Source: Callorhinchus milii (taxonomy: Eukaryota). Taken from it: 64,000 nt of DNA. Below, piece after piece: positions 49,023 to 60,831 of this stretch. The stretch spans positions 65,844,001 to 65,908,000 of the forward strand of contig NW_024704746.1 of assembly GCF_018977255.1 (NCBI RefSeq), given 5' to 3'. Both the position numbers and the translations under genes were made by a program. Within the stretch, counting starts at the first letter, position 1. Every line of letters begins with the position of its first letter. Below the pieces are notes generated by a model, which worked only from the letters and a program-made list of their open reading frames with translations, was not told the origin of the DNA and did not search any database.

Positions 49023-49338
49023 TGGAGTCCTGTAGCTCAGTGGTGAGGGCACTCGCCTGGCAAGTGTGAGACCTGGGTTCGATTCCCAGCAGGGCGAAAC
49101 CTTGAGCAGGTTTCCTTACTCCCCACGCCCAATAATTATCCCTCAAGAAAAAAAACAATAATAAGTTGGTCACTTTAATCCACGACTGTTTGTGGGACGC
49201 TGCTTCGCGCAATTGGCTGCCACATTTCGCCCACAAAGTATACAGTCAATTCACTTTACAATCTATTCTGTGAAGTGCTTTGAGACGTCTAGAAGACGTG
49301 ACAAGGCGCTATATCAAATGCAAGGATTATTATTGTTG
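49023..49338 (+). mobile_element. Full-length SINE nested in an older minus-strand SINE
   Basis: Head TGGAGTCCTGTAGCTCAGTGG through tail; older element visible at ~48950-49022 and ~49340-49400. Confidence 0.9.
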
Positions 49339-49407
49339 TGTAGGGCAATTTGGTAGCCAATAGCACATGAGGTCCACAAGCAGCTGTAAGGTGAATAATC
49401 TGTTTTA

Positions 49408-49790
49408 TAAATAATAATAATAATCCTTTGATTCAGCGCCTTATCATGTTGGAAGGACGTCTGAAAGTGCTTTACAGAAATGACTATGAATTGTAGTTAC
49501 TATTTTTAAACAAAACGATTTATCTGGTGAATTGTTGGCGAGGACATGTGGGGAGACTTCCTCCACGTTTTGATTTGTGCCATGGGATCTTAGACATCCA
49601 CCTGAACATGAACAGGCAGATGGTATCTGAGTTTGATGTCTTGTCTGAAGGATGGCACCAGCAATGTGATGCTCCCTCAGCACTGGATTGGAGGATCAGT
49701 TAAGACTGTGAGTTCAAAGTCCCAAAGTGGGGCTTGAATCCACAAACTTCTGACTCCGAGTGCTGCTCAACCGAGGCCGACTGACACCTA
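49408..49790 (-). mobile_element. Old SacSINE1-like element, near full length
   Basis: Tail, gtgccatgggatctt..catccacctgaa, gctccctcagcactg, ends gactgacac. Confidence 0.75.
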
Positions 49791-50409
49791 ATAGGTTACT
49801 TGGCCAATAGAGATATAAGTGGAATGACTAGAATGCTTTACAGAACTTTATATTTCCCCACAATGCCTGACCTTTGGCCTACGATAATGCGCTTATTCCT
49901 TTAATGAGGAATGCATCAAAATTTTTTATGAATACTGGCTCAGTGTACCAACCATCAGTATGTCGCACTTCTTGTTCACCCAATCAATGCACTTTGCCCT
50001 GTCTTAATGCTCTCTCAATTTTGTTTGGCTCTTAACGTGGAAGCATTGCAATCAGTACAATCAGGCAAGAAAATGGGGAGCTCGGTCCAAGTATAGCAAA
50101 CAATTAGTAAACCCTGTATCTGTCTCGTGATAGATATTGCATCTCCAGTTTGTTAAGCAGACAGCAGAAAACCCAGCTTTTATTGTTGGACTTGTTAACA
50201 GTGCAAAGCTGTGAAAGTCAGCGGACTGCGTGGGCTGTCTTACCCAGTGTCAGTGTCTGTCCTCTTCAAAAGTAAAGTGATGTGGCCAGGCTGTCATGCA
50301 AGAATATGAGCGAAGCAAGAATTTCACTCAGTTAAGTCAGGCATCTGCTTATCCTTCTGCTTATTGCATAAGCTTATGCCCTCCCTTATGCCTTATGCTT
50401 AAGCTTATG

Positions 50410-50810
50410 CCCTCCCTACGTCTCACTCCCCAATCCACTACCCGGTGCCTCCGCTCGACTGGCACCAACCTCCTGCTCATCCCTTGCACCTCCGCCTCAC
50501 CATCGGAGTTTGCGCTTTCAGCCACTACTCCCCGAAACTCTGGAACACTCTCCCTCAGTCCCTCCTCCTTGCCTACTCTCTGCCCTTTTTCAAGTGCCCC
50601 CTGAAGACCTTCCTTTTCAACCGTGCTTATGGCCACCTCCCCCCCAACCCCTGGCTCGGAGTCAGGCTCCGCCACTGTTAAGCGCTCCGAGACTCTATCC
50701 TGCGTGGAGGGCGCTATAAAGTGAAGTTGTTGTTGTACTGCTAATGCAGCACTTTGGGACGTCCTCTCGACATGATAGACACTATACAAATGTAATTTGT
50801 TGTTGCTGTT
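50410..50810 (+). mobile_element. L2 3' fragment plus a second L2 tail
   Basis: ctctggaacactctccc..ctgaagaccttcctttt..gggcgctataaa; second tail at ~50747-50810. Confidence 0.8.
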
Positions 50811-51587
50811 GTATTCAGGAATTGGACGCTGTTTCAGATGCACCTCCAAATTCAATACCGTTCCAAATAGCCACACACATCGCAAGCGGCAATGTTTTGC
50901 CCGTTTCTGATTTTGAAATTCTTGATAAGTCGATTGTTGCCTGGACCTCTGCATAAATTGTGTAAGATTCAAAAGTGAAGTATTATTTGCTGATCAACAG
51001 TTGTTGACGTAATGCATGACACCACAGGGAGGCCTGATCCAGTATGTTGGCTCCCCAGTACAAGTTTCAGTTAATTTGTCTCTTCCCCCCTCTCTCCCCC
51101 TAGCCTCGGAACAGTTAAAGGCAATAATGCTGATATTAGCTCATTCTCTGACATTTTAGTCTGATGCCTTCGTGCTTTTCAAGGCCTTTATCTACTAGGC
51201 TAAGCATGCTAATAGTTAATTTTGTTTCCTGCACTGGGTCTTTAAAGCAGTTCTGTTTGATTTTGTGTTGAGATTAGACGCTGTTGGCATTTCCTGTTGA
51301 CGGAGCTAATGGGAGCAACATTGGATTATTTTCCTGTGTTTCGATTGGAAAGACCCTGCAGTTCAGCTCTGGTTTTACTCGAGTTGTTTTAAGTTTGACG
51401 AAGTGGTGTTTTTAATGTTGGCATACTGTAACTTTACTGGGTTTGAACTGTTTTTGCTCTTCAGTTAGCATTTTTCATCTTGTACTGCACTTGGGCAATC
51501 ATGTATCCGCTATGCAACTGAAGCAATGGTTGGTTTATAAAGGAACAAACCATAAAGTGGTCTCAAACCTAAGATTTTGGTAGTAAC

Positions 51588-51903
51588 GTGGAATCCTGTA
51601 GCGTATTGGTTAGAGCACTTGCCTTGCAAGCGAGAGGACCCGGGTTTGGTTTCCTTTGTCCACACCCTCTGTTTACCTAGCACCAAGTCGGAAACAGGTT
51701 AGTCAATTGGCAGATCGCATTCTGGAGGTGATAGTCCCTTCAAAAAAATAAATAAATATCTGGTGTGGGACATTGCTGTGCGCAATTGGCTGCCAAGTTT
51801 CGCCGACAAATTATACAGTCAATTCACTTTACATGCATATTCTGTGAAGCGCTTTGAGATGTCTCAACGACGTGCTATATCAAATGCAAAGATTATTATT
51901 ATT
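51588..51903 (+). mobile_element. SINE, long subfamily, with internal deletions
   Basis: gtggaatcctgtagcgtattggttagagc head through tail. Confidence 0.85.
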
Positions 51904-52373
51904 TTCATATAACACAAATTTACGTGGAGCTACAAACATCTTAAAGCGCTTCACAGACCATGTGATGGTTGGATAATTTTACGCAAAGGTAGCATGAATG
52001 TCACACAAACTGGTTCCATGACAGCACTTGAAAATTTAAAGGAATCTTATCCGGTGTCCTCGCCAACTATTACGTCATCCGCTCAACAACCATTTGAAGT
52101 GGCAGACGGAAGCTCAATTTGACATCTCATCCAAATGACGTCACCTTTGACAATGCAGCATCTCCCCAGTACTGCACTGGAATGGCAGCTTAGTCACCGG
52201 GTTAACAGACCTGGTGTGAGCTATGCTGATCGAAGCTATGCTGTGTGCTGTTCCTGATTTTGAGCCAATCTCTTTGATGTTGGAGGAGTGCTTCTCCTAT
52301 TAAGGAGTGTCTGACTTTGTGCTCCTCTGTGCCTAGCAAATCTTCACTGACCAACAGCTGAGGTCAGCTGATC

Positions 52374-52720
52374 TACAACAACAACAGGATTCCATTTATA
52401 GAGCGCCTTTCACGTCGGGAGGCCGTCCCAAGGCGCTGGACAGTTGGGTCAGGACCCGGGCATTGGGGGGAAATGGTCAGGGTGAGGGGAGGGAAGGGAG
52501 GGAGCGAGGAGGGGGTAGAGAGTCGAGAGGGGAGCTGAAGGCACGGTCAAAGAGAAAGGTCTTGAGACCGGCCTTGAAGGAGGAAAGGGAGGAGGCGGCG
52601 AAGGCACTGGGGGATGGAGTTCCAGAGCCTCGGGGCTGAGAGGCTGAAGGCCCGGCCACCGATGGTAGGGCGGTTGGGGCGGGGGATGTGGAGCAGACCG
52701 GAGCCAGAGGAACGGAGGGT
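52374..52720 (-). mobile_element. Young L2 3' end
   Basis: Reverse complement of ~32443-32830. Confidence 0.92.
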
Positions 52721-55639
52721 TCCTAGTCTAGACTATGGATCTAGACTCCATAGTTTGAGGATTTGGGTTTACACGAGATCTCGGAGCAAGTGGTGGAATT
52801 GGCCGATTTGGAGACTGCAGAGGTTATTCCTGACTTGCCCTGACTTCTGTTTTTTTGGATGTTGGAGCTACATTAGGCAAGAAACTGACTGAAGATTTAC
52901 CAGTTGAAGTTTCAAAGCTGTCCAAATGCTGTAGACACACAGCAGCACCTTAACTGTTAATAATAACTTGTGTACTTAAATGCTGGATGGGGATCCGTTC
53001 TTCATACCAATTGTTCTTTTTTCGCTTCTTTAAAATATTACTAATATTAAATATTAGTTTTGATTTTTCTAAAAGGAAGTTGAAAGTCATATTGTTCTTC
53101 AGCATCGATGTAGGTGTAAAACACAGCCCATACTCTGCCCATGGTGGGAAATTAAGCTTTAAGATGTGATTTTGCCGAATATACAGGAGGGATGCCCTGT
53201 AATGGTCATGCTCGAGTTTCTCTCATTGCACTGCTTCCCTCCATTTATGGAGGTTTCTAGGTTTACCACAATTATGAGGCGTAGATCAGTAATTCAGTGG
53301 AATGATGGGATCAAACTTGTTTCCAATCACCTTGGAATGCCTTGACCTAAATCTTGTCAAATGATTTCAAAAGATTTCAAATGAAATGAAAAGAAGAAAG
53401 GATTGAATACAGCTGCGTGTTTTTTTCGGTGAAGCCATTAAAAACACCAAATATTTGTTGTTGCTGTGGGGTATGAAGGATATATTTCATATTACAAGCG
53501 AGCAAAGACCTAACAATTTATTTTCAAATATATCATTGTATGTATGGGTAAGTGAAGACTTTATAGAGCTTTAGAAGGATTTGGGGACAAGATGAGTAAT
53601 GACGGATGGATTTTCATGTGGATAGCACACTGGGACAAGAAATGTACGACGTGTGTACATGATGGAGTATCCATCAGGAACGAGATGGGGATTTGGATTT
53701 CAATTATTCACTGCCATGTCGGCTTGAAACTTATCAAGAAGGCTAGCCAACTTGTAAGATGCTGAAACGCTGACATACAATCAAAATGCTGGAATTACAC
53801 AGCAGTTCAATCAGCGAATGAATGATAGATAATGTTTCAGTACGACTCTTCATCACGGAATGGGTAGATGAGGGGATATGTAAGACCGACCAAGACGAGA
53901 ACAAATGAATGCTGTCACAAAGGTCTAGCTAATTTGGGGGATTTTTAGAGGCTGTTAAGACTTGAAGGTTTCTTTCCTATACTTTTCCATCATAAATGCC
54001 GGGAATATTTAGTAAGAGTTGATTGTTAAAAAAAAAAGATTTGAGGACATTTTCAGCTTTGGGGATGGGTGTGCATTGCAGTTCAGCCATTTAAGTGATC
54101 AGCACTGAAATCGCAGACTCTGTGATCATGCAATGTACATAAGTAACTTGCTTCAGGCTGTATTCTTGGAGCAGAGGTACGTTTCTCGGCACTAGAATCA
54201 GTCATGTTTGTTGCTGGAGACCTGATAGTGAAAGAGCCAGTTGGTTGTGGTGTGGCTATTACGCAAAATGCAATCAGTGGTAGAATTTTACCAAATTTCA
54301 CTGAATGTAACCGCTTTTTTTTGTGATTTTTTGCACAGTTTTCTTATACGTGAAAAATTGACCCTTGGGAAAATCCCCCCAAATCCCGAGGTTGTTTTGT
54401 GGATCATAAACAACTTTAATGGTTACGTGATACCCACAGCCGAATAGCCTACTGACATGTTTTGGGCATCACGTGAACATTAAAGTTGTTGCACATAAAG
54501 GAATGGCACCTGATAGAGGTATTGTACAGGGTGTTCACAAAGTCCTGTTACCCCCATGTTTCTTTTAACACAGTGCACTGACCAACCACTGAAACATGTA
54601 GAAGAATGATGATAATTGTACTTGATTGTATTCAGTACAAGTGTTTTAACTGTATTTAGACATCCAGAGGGTGTGTGGGCGCGTGTGTGAGTGCCATTAT
54701 TTTCACAGCAGATAACGATCCGTCGCCGTGTTCGGTGCGACATCTTAAGTACCATGGATGGAGTGATTAAGAATTACTGGTATCAGACGTCGCTACACGC
54801 AATTTGTCTGCAACAGAAAATAAAAATCCATTGTAAGAAAGAAAACAGAGGGTAACTTGGCTTTGTGAACAGCCTGTAGGGTGACGATGCCCATGCAACT
54901 GATGCTATTTTACTTCAGAGCCACACTGGAATCTTATGTTGATTCACAAGAAAACATTTCACAGTTAATGAAATGGATAGTTTAAGTGTGCAACTAATAA
55001 CCGTATGTAAGATGATTTAATGTCATAATCATCTTTGTTCAAATTGTAAATGTTAATGTACTTCATGCAGCAGTGTGAACATTTAAATCCATCGTGCAAT
55101 TATATAATATTACAATGTTTTCGCTCATACAAGAAGTGCCTTTAAGCTAAAATTGTTTCCTTTCTGGAAAAGCTGTGTTGGTTTGACTATTTTCATGATT
55201 GAGCTCTTAATGTTTTTGGCTTTGATCAAGGTAGATTTACATCTAGAGCATGATTTTCCTCAGGTTAGAGAAGTGACAGGAATAATGCGTAAGATTTATA
55301 TATGTATAATGATATAAAACTCATCTAATTCTCTATGTAATTTGTGTAGATGTTAATGAGAAACTGAATCACTTTTTATAGTTGAGTAGCTAATGAGTTG
55401 TCATGTTCAACGTCTAAAAATGAAACCAGCCGTCTGCTTGGATCATCTCAAGCAGATAAGAAGTTGAAGGATATTAAAGTTAGAGTGCCTTTCAGATCAG
55501 GACCTTAAGGTTTTGTAAATCACGATGTGAAATAAACTGCTGAAAAATATAATCAATAAATGTGATTACAATGCAATAACCCAACTTAAAGTGGTCAATT
55601 TGTAAGATATTCATAGATGTATTTTTTTTCCGACTTAAT

Positions 55640-55785
55640 GCGGAAACCCATCTCCATGTTTAAGAATAAGCAAACCAAACATGCATCCCACCTCTATATG
55701 GAAATTCCCAAGAGATTAATTGAAACAGAATTTGCACACTTTCTTATCCTGCTTATTTATTCTGGAAAGTTTGGGCGCAAGTTCT
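55640..55785 (-). repeat. Unclassified dispersed repeat, copy 3 of 3 (more diverged)
   Basis: gcggaaacccatc..caaacc..atgcatcccacc..atggaaattcccaagagat is the reverse complement of copies 1 and 2. Confidence 0.6.
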
Positions 55786-55964
55786 GATGTATACAACTTT
55801 CAGTAAGTTCACCCTTTTCTCTTTTTTGACCCCAATTTTTCCTTTGATTTCTCTCCTCCATTTTTGGCAAAAAAAAGACCTCAAAATACCAGGGATTTTA
55901 TTTCACAGATCAAAAAAATGTTTCCAATAAGATGCTGTACCGAGGTCAGATGTCACTCCTCAAA

Positions 55965-56235
55965 AGGAGAATGGAGATTCTCAAGTTGTCTGGCTAACAA
56001 TCCTCAAATAAAATAGGTCATTTATTTCATGGCTGTCTGGAACATTGCTGTGCGCAAATCGTCTGCCACGTTTGCCTACAAAATACCCTGTCAGTACACT
56101 TTAAACAGTAAAAAGCACTTTAAACAGTGCTTTGAGACGTTTCCTTCCTTCTCTTCCCCTCCCCCCCCCCCCCCCCCACTTTCCCCCCAGGACATTGTAG
56201 GACTATTGAATGTAGGGTTATTATTTATTATTATT
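55965..56235 (+). mobile_element. Old Deu-domain SINE 3' portion
   Basis: ggtcattt..catggctg..acattgctgtgcgcaaat core. Confidence 0.7.
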
Positions 56236-56637
56236 CCAACTTTAATGGCCTTTATAAATGCCACACTGAGTTCCTTGCCTAAGTGGTAGGCAAGAACAGG
56301 TCCCTTCAGGCTTCTCTGCTGCCTGGTATGAAGTTGACAGAAGATTGTCACTCGTTGTCTTTCACTCACTGACATTGCCTTTCACCACTCTGTGGAACTA
56401 ATGTCTGGTATTTTCATGGAACACTAATAGGAAAAAGGTCCTCCTTAAAAATATTTTTTTTCGGCTTCTGTAAATGGTTTATTTTGGTTGTGGCGTTTTA
56501 GGTACGTTTGCTGAACCTTGTGTATGTAAGGAATATTTTTATTTCAAATGATTTCATCCCTAAAATGAAATGGTTGATGTGCAGCACTGTTACCTCAAAA
56601 GCGAGTGTCAAAAAGTAATGTCTTTATTCTGTTTCAG

Positions 56638-56719
56638 GGACGAGAGGAGCAAAGATTGATCCGTGGGAAGATGCGGAATTCCATATCTATAAAGTCACGG
56701 ATCGTTTTGGTTTCTTACA
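56638..56719 (+). CDS. USP6NL: USP6NL coding exon: GRE(G)[23 protein letters not shown](H), with an apparent 1-nt deletion at ~56644-56647
   Basis: Acceptor tctttattctgtttcAG, donor CA|GTAAGG; PWEDA...[10 protein letters not shown] is conserved. The exon is 82 nt, whereas 83 nt are needed to keep frame. Confidence 0.9.
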
Positions 56720-56938
56720 GTAAGGCTTTAGTTTTTATACGTTTCTATTTATTCGCTTTTTTTGAAAAAAAGGCTCATTTTTTGCACCAAATTCATTGAG
56801 TCTCATGAGAACATTGTGCTCTTTGCATCATTCGATGACTAATAACATAAATAATAATCAATTTGCATGGCTGCCGAGCCATTTTTTTTGGGGGGGACAG
56901 CGGTGGTGTTATCAAAGGGGGTTTTGGATGGTATAAAC

Positions 56939-57149
56939 CAGTGGTGGGCAACCTGTGGCCCCGCGGGGCCGGGAATGGCCCACCGGGGCCGCCAGAAGCA
57001 GCCCTCCGCCTCGAACATTCGCACGAGTCTAGGTAAGTCTGTATTCGATCGGCAGTGTGTTTTCAATTTTTTCTTGTTTGAATGTTTCTTTTCATGGCGT
57101 AAATCAAGAAATATTCAATAAAGAACATGTATTTTGTTGGCCACCACTG
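56939..57149. mobile_element. hAT (Charlie-like) MITE, 211 bp
   Basis: TIRs CAGTGGTGGGCAAC / GTTGGCCACCACTG (13/14 match); perfect 8-bp TSD GTATAAAC at 56931-56938 and 57150-57157. Confidence 0.93.
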
Positions 57150-59039
57150 GTATAAACATTAGAGAATGAGAGCGGGAGGGGAAAGAGGGAAGTAATCTAT
57201 AAAAATGAGGTCATCTACAGTGTTTGGATTTTCGTGTTCCATTAAAATCGTAGTTATTAAAAAAAAGTTTACTAGGAAGTTCTTGTTTATCAGAAAATGA
57301 GCCCAGTTATATCAATCTTGAGAAATGGTGTGTGGCATTTATAAGATCCATTGCGTAGCTCGCACTGTAACACAACGGAGGACTTACTTTATGGTGTCAC
57401 TTTCAAATTCTGCACTATCCATTTTGTCAGTTTGCTGTATTTTCAGTTCTATGAATCATTGATTTAATGCTTTAAACTCCCAGATTGATACTCTGCCATA
57501 ACGACAAGCGCTTGCATTTATGTAGAGTTTGACCCTGAGCTGGGAGAGGTTTTCAGGGTTAAGGTAGTACATCCTTCCTCCCTGCTTTCAAAATGTTCCT
57601 AAAACCTGCTCTTTACACTTGGTCGCTTCCTGTCTTATCCCCAAAATCCCATCCCGCTGGGGTCTCACATTGCCTCTGTGAGGTTTTTTGAGATGTTTTC
57701 CTACATGAAATATGGTATCTAGGTGTAGGTTGTTGTGATTGGAATCTTCTTGAAGGAAATGCTAGTGCGTGGCAAGCAAATATAACAGCCTTTTCTCTGT
57801 TTTATGTCAACTTTTACTCTTAACAAGTGACAGTGTATCATCAATTTCTAATATAATGTTTAGTTCATTTAATGACAAAATATTAATGCCATTTTAAGAA
57901 AACTTCGACTGACCAAATTCTCTTCTCTTAAGTAATGTTGCCATACGCTAAAGATGTTTTTCATGAATGAGTTTGAACTAAGTTGACACTGAATTAACTT
58001 CAGCTTATCTTAACTAACAAAAATATTTTTTTTCGATGGCTACTTTCTGTTGGAAACTCATTTGAGAAGGGCTATCATTCAAACACCGTTCCAGGAAATT
58101 GGGAAAGCTTTTAAAATGTTAGCAATTCAATTTGTGTGTTAAAGATTTATAGTCTGGGCGTATTGTGAAATGATTGTTGTGTTGTAATGGGAAGAGGATT
58201 TTGCCATTGGAAAATTATTCTGTCAAGGCAGTGATCTGCAACATCTTACATGATACATTATGTGTTGGGTTTAGAGCTGTATAACCAGGTGAGGGTAACA
58301 AGATATTGATATCAGGCCAAGAACAGAACATGGCACACATATTAACTCTCAGTATGTTTGCAGAAACACTGTCATTGACACTGAATCAAATATATATTCA
58401 AAGCTCCTGGAGTTCTTGAAGCCTTATTTATAAGAATGCACAGTGTCAGAGAACATTATTGTAATCCATTTGACTGGAGTGGGCCTTTTTTTTAGTGTGG
58501 TGCTGAAAGGTGAGTGTACGATACTTCCAATATAGCACAGATCCACAGTCGACCTTCTTTGTGTCCATCTAATTAGATGCAAACTGTCTGTTCACCTTCC
58601 CCTTTTGAACTCGAGTCTATAGTGTGTCCATGGCCAAAGCTATGAAATGATTTCTGCATTTATCTAATACTTATTTTCCCTAACGCATTGTTACATTAGC
58701 CCTTTTGAGTATTGAATTTCATTGATTGTATAAAACTGCTTTCTCTTCTTCCCTCCCATCCATTATACTGCTCTTTCTTCTCTCTTCACCCCCTCCCACA
58801 CCACCCCAGCTCCTCCTGCAGCTGATTTAGTCAGTGAACCCAGCCCAGGTTAGTTAAACATGAGCTCCCTGAGTGTGTCATTTGTCCACCTTCTATGGTT
58901 TAAGTTTTGCTCCATTTCACTGACATCATCGTCCTGTATGATCTTTAAACTAAAAGTATATTAAAGATGTTACTCACTTTGTTGTTTTATGTTTAGTACA
59001 GCAACAGAACTGTTACTGCAGCACGATTGTAATTGGAAG

Positions 59040-59368
59040 CAACAACAATAATAATAATAAACCTTGCATTTGATAGAGCACTTTTTCACGTCTGCTAGAT
59101 CTCAAAGCGCTTCACAGAACACACTGTAAAGTGAATTGACTGTATATTTGTGGGCGAACGCGGCAGCCAATTGCGCACAGCAGCGTCCCACAAACAGTCG
59201 TGCGTTGAAAATGACCAATTTATTATTGTTTTGTTTTTTGGAGGGATTATTATTAGGCTCTGTGTGGAGTAAGGAAACTTGCCCAAGGTTTGGCCCTCTG
59301 CCTGGAATTGAACTCAGGTGTCTCATTTGCAAGGCGAGTGCTCTAACCACTGAGCTACAGGACTCCAC
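59040..59368 (-). mobile_element. Full-length young SINE, short subfamily
   Basis: Reverse complement of the 45943 and 63791 copies. Confidence 0.95.
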
Positions 59369-59369
59369 C

Positions 59370-59562
59370 AAACAAGAACGAATTACATTTGTATAGCACC
59401 TTTCATGTCAGGTGCTGGACCTGAGTTGGTGGTTGGGATCAGGAGGGAGGGTGGGTAGGGGGTAGGAGGGTGACCGAAGGCGAGGTCGAAGAGGAGGGTC
59501 TTGAAGGAGGCAAGGGAGGGGGCAAGGTGGACAGATAGTGGGTTGGCATTCCAGAGGGTGGG
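59370..59562 (-). mobile_element. L2 3' end, degenerate
   Basis: ORF 59383 translates as PTLWN..P.S.HLAPSLASFKTLLFDLAF. Confidence 0.75.
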
Positions 59563-60484
59563 TACAACACTCATGTTAACAAATGTGGAAAACAGTACCA
59601 ACTTTTGTGCAAGTTATTGTACAGAAAGATGACTACGTTCTCTTTTCTATACCAGGTGGAGCAGATGACTGTAAGTATATTTCTTGCAGTGTGTGGGTCT
59701 CGCTTGTACTTTCGTTCTGAGTCACTGATAGCTCTTAGCCATTAAGTTACACAATTGAAATGAACTCTTAAACAACCCACAACCTTGTTTCTAAACCGAC
59801 TTCTCCAAATATTCCATCAGTGAGGTGAATGCAAATGGCATTTTAGTGCCAAAGCAGATGGTTTATTGGGATTTTTTGGGGGTACAAGTCGTTAGTGTAT
59901 TCTGCTAATAAAGTGAAACTGAATTGAAAAGAAGAGTCATTACAGAAAAATCCTGACAAACCTGAACTTGTGGCGGTTCTATGAACAGAATAAATTATAT
60001 ACCGCAAATTATACAGCAGGGAATACACATTTTATTCACAGCTTGTTAAATGAAGTGCAGCATTCATTGAAATGAGGCATTTTTACTTGATATGGCTGGG
60101 AATTATGAAGTGACATGTTTGTTCTGACTTCCATTAATACCAAGACCAAAAGAGTTAACAACACAACATAATTAACTTTATAATGACTGGTTGACTTCCC
60201 TGATTATTCCACATTCATCAATTATAATATGCCTTTTTTTAAAAAAATAAATAATGGTAATTTATTTTTAGATCATCATACAATTACCTGAGACGTATTG
60301 GGTTGAAGATGACAATCAAGATTCTCATGTTAAAAAAAACTTGCAAGTCTGAGCGCGTTGGCCCAGTGGGGCTTTCATTGAAATTCAAATGATGAAAGGC
60401 TTTGTAAATCACTAAATTGCCTTCACCCTCTGTCTTTGATCTCTCGAAAAACGACTCTTGTGAATTTCTTGTGAATATTTCCCG

Positions 60485-60831
60485 GAATGTAGTGCTTAGC
60501 GCGTTCGCCTCACAAGCGATATGACCCGGGATTGGTTCCCGGGCAAGGTGAAACCTTAGGCAAGTCACCTTACTCCACAAGCCTCTGTTTTATCAACCAG
60601 CAAGTAGGAACTCCGGTTTTTAGTCCATTGGCGGATCGCTTTCCAGGAGTAATAATCCCTCAAAAAAAAGAACTTATTCACTCAGTCCAGAACCGCTTGG
60701 AGGGCACTGGTGTGCAATTTCACCCACAAAATGCACAGTCAATCCACTTTGCAGTGTATTCTATGAAACGCTTTGAGACGCCTCAACAATGTGATAAGGC
60801 GTTACATCAAATGCAAGGATTATTATTATTT
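60485..60831 (+). mobile_element. SINE, long subfamily, diverged
   Basis: Diverged tRNA head, extra segment, tail tcaaatgcaagg(att)n. Confidence 0.85.

Noticed and set aside
50296-50972. 203-aa minus-strand ORF and overlapping ORFs
   Set aside because: Antisense reading of a C-rich L2 fragment plus flank; no coding signal.
56605-56799. [24 protein letters not shown]...
   Set aside because: Only GRE is genuine; the rest is intron or the wrong frame of the USP6NL exon.
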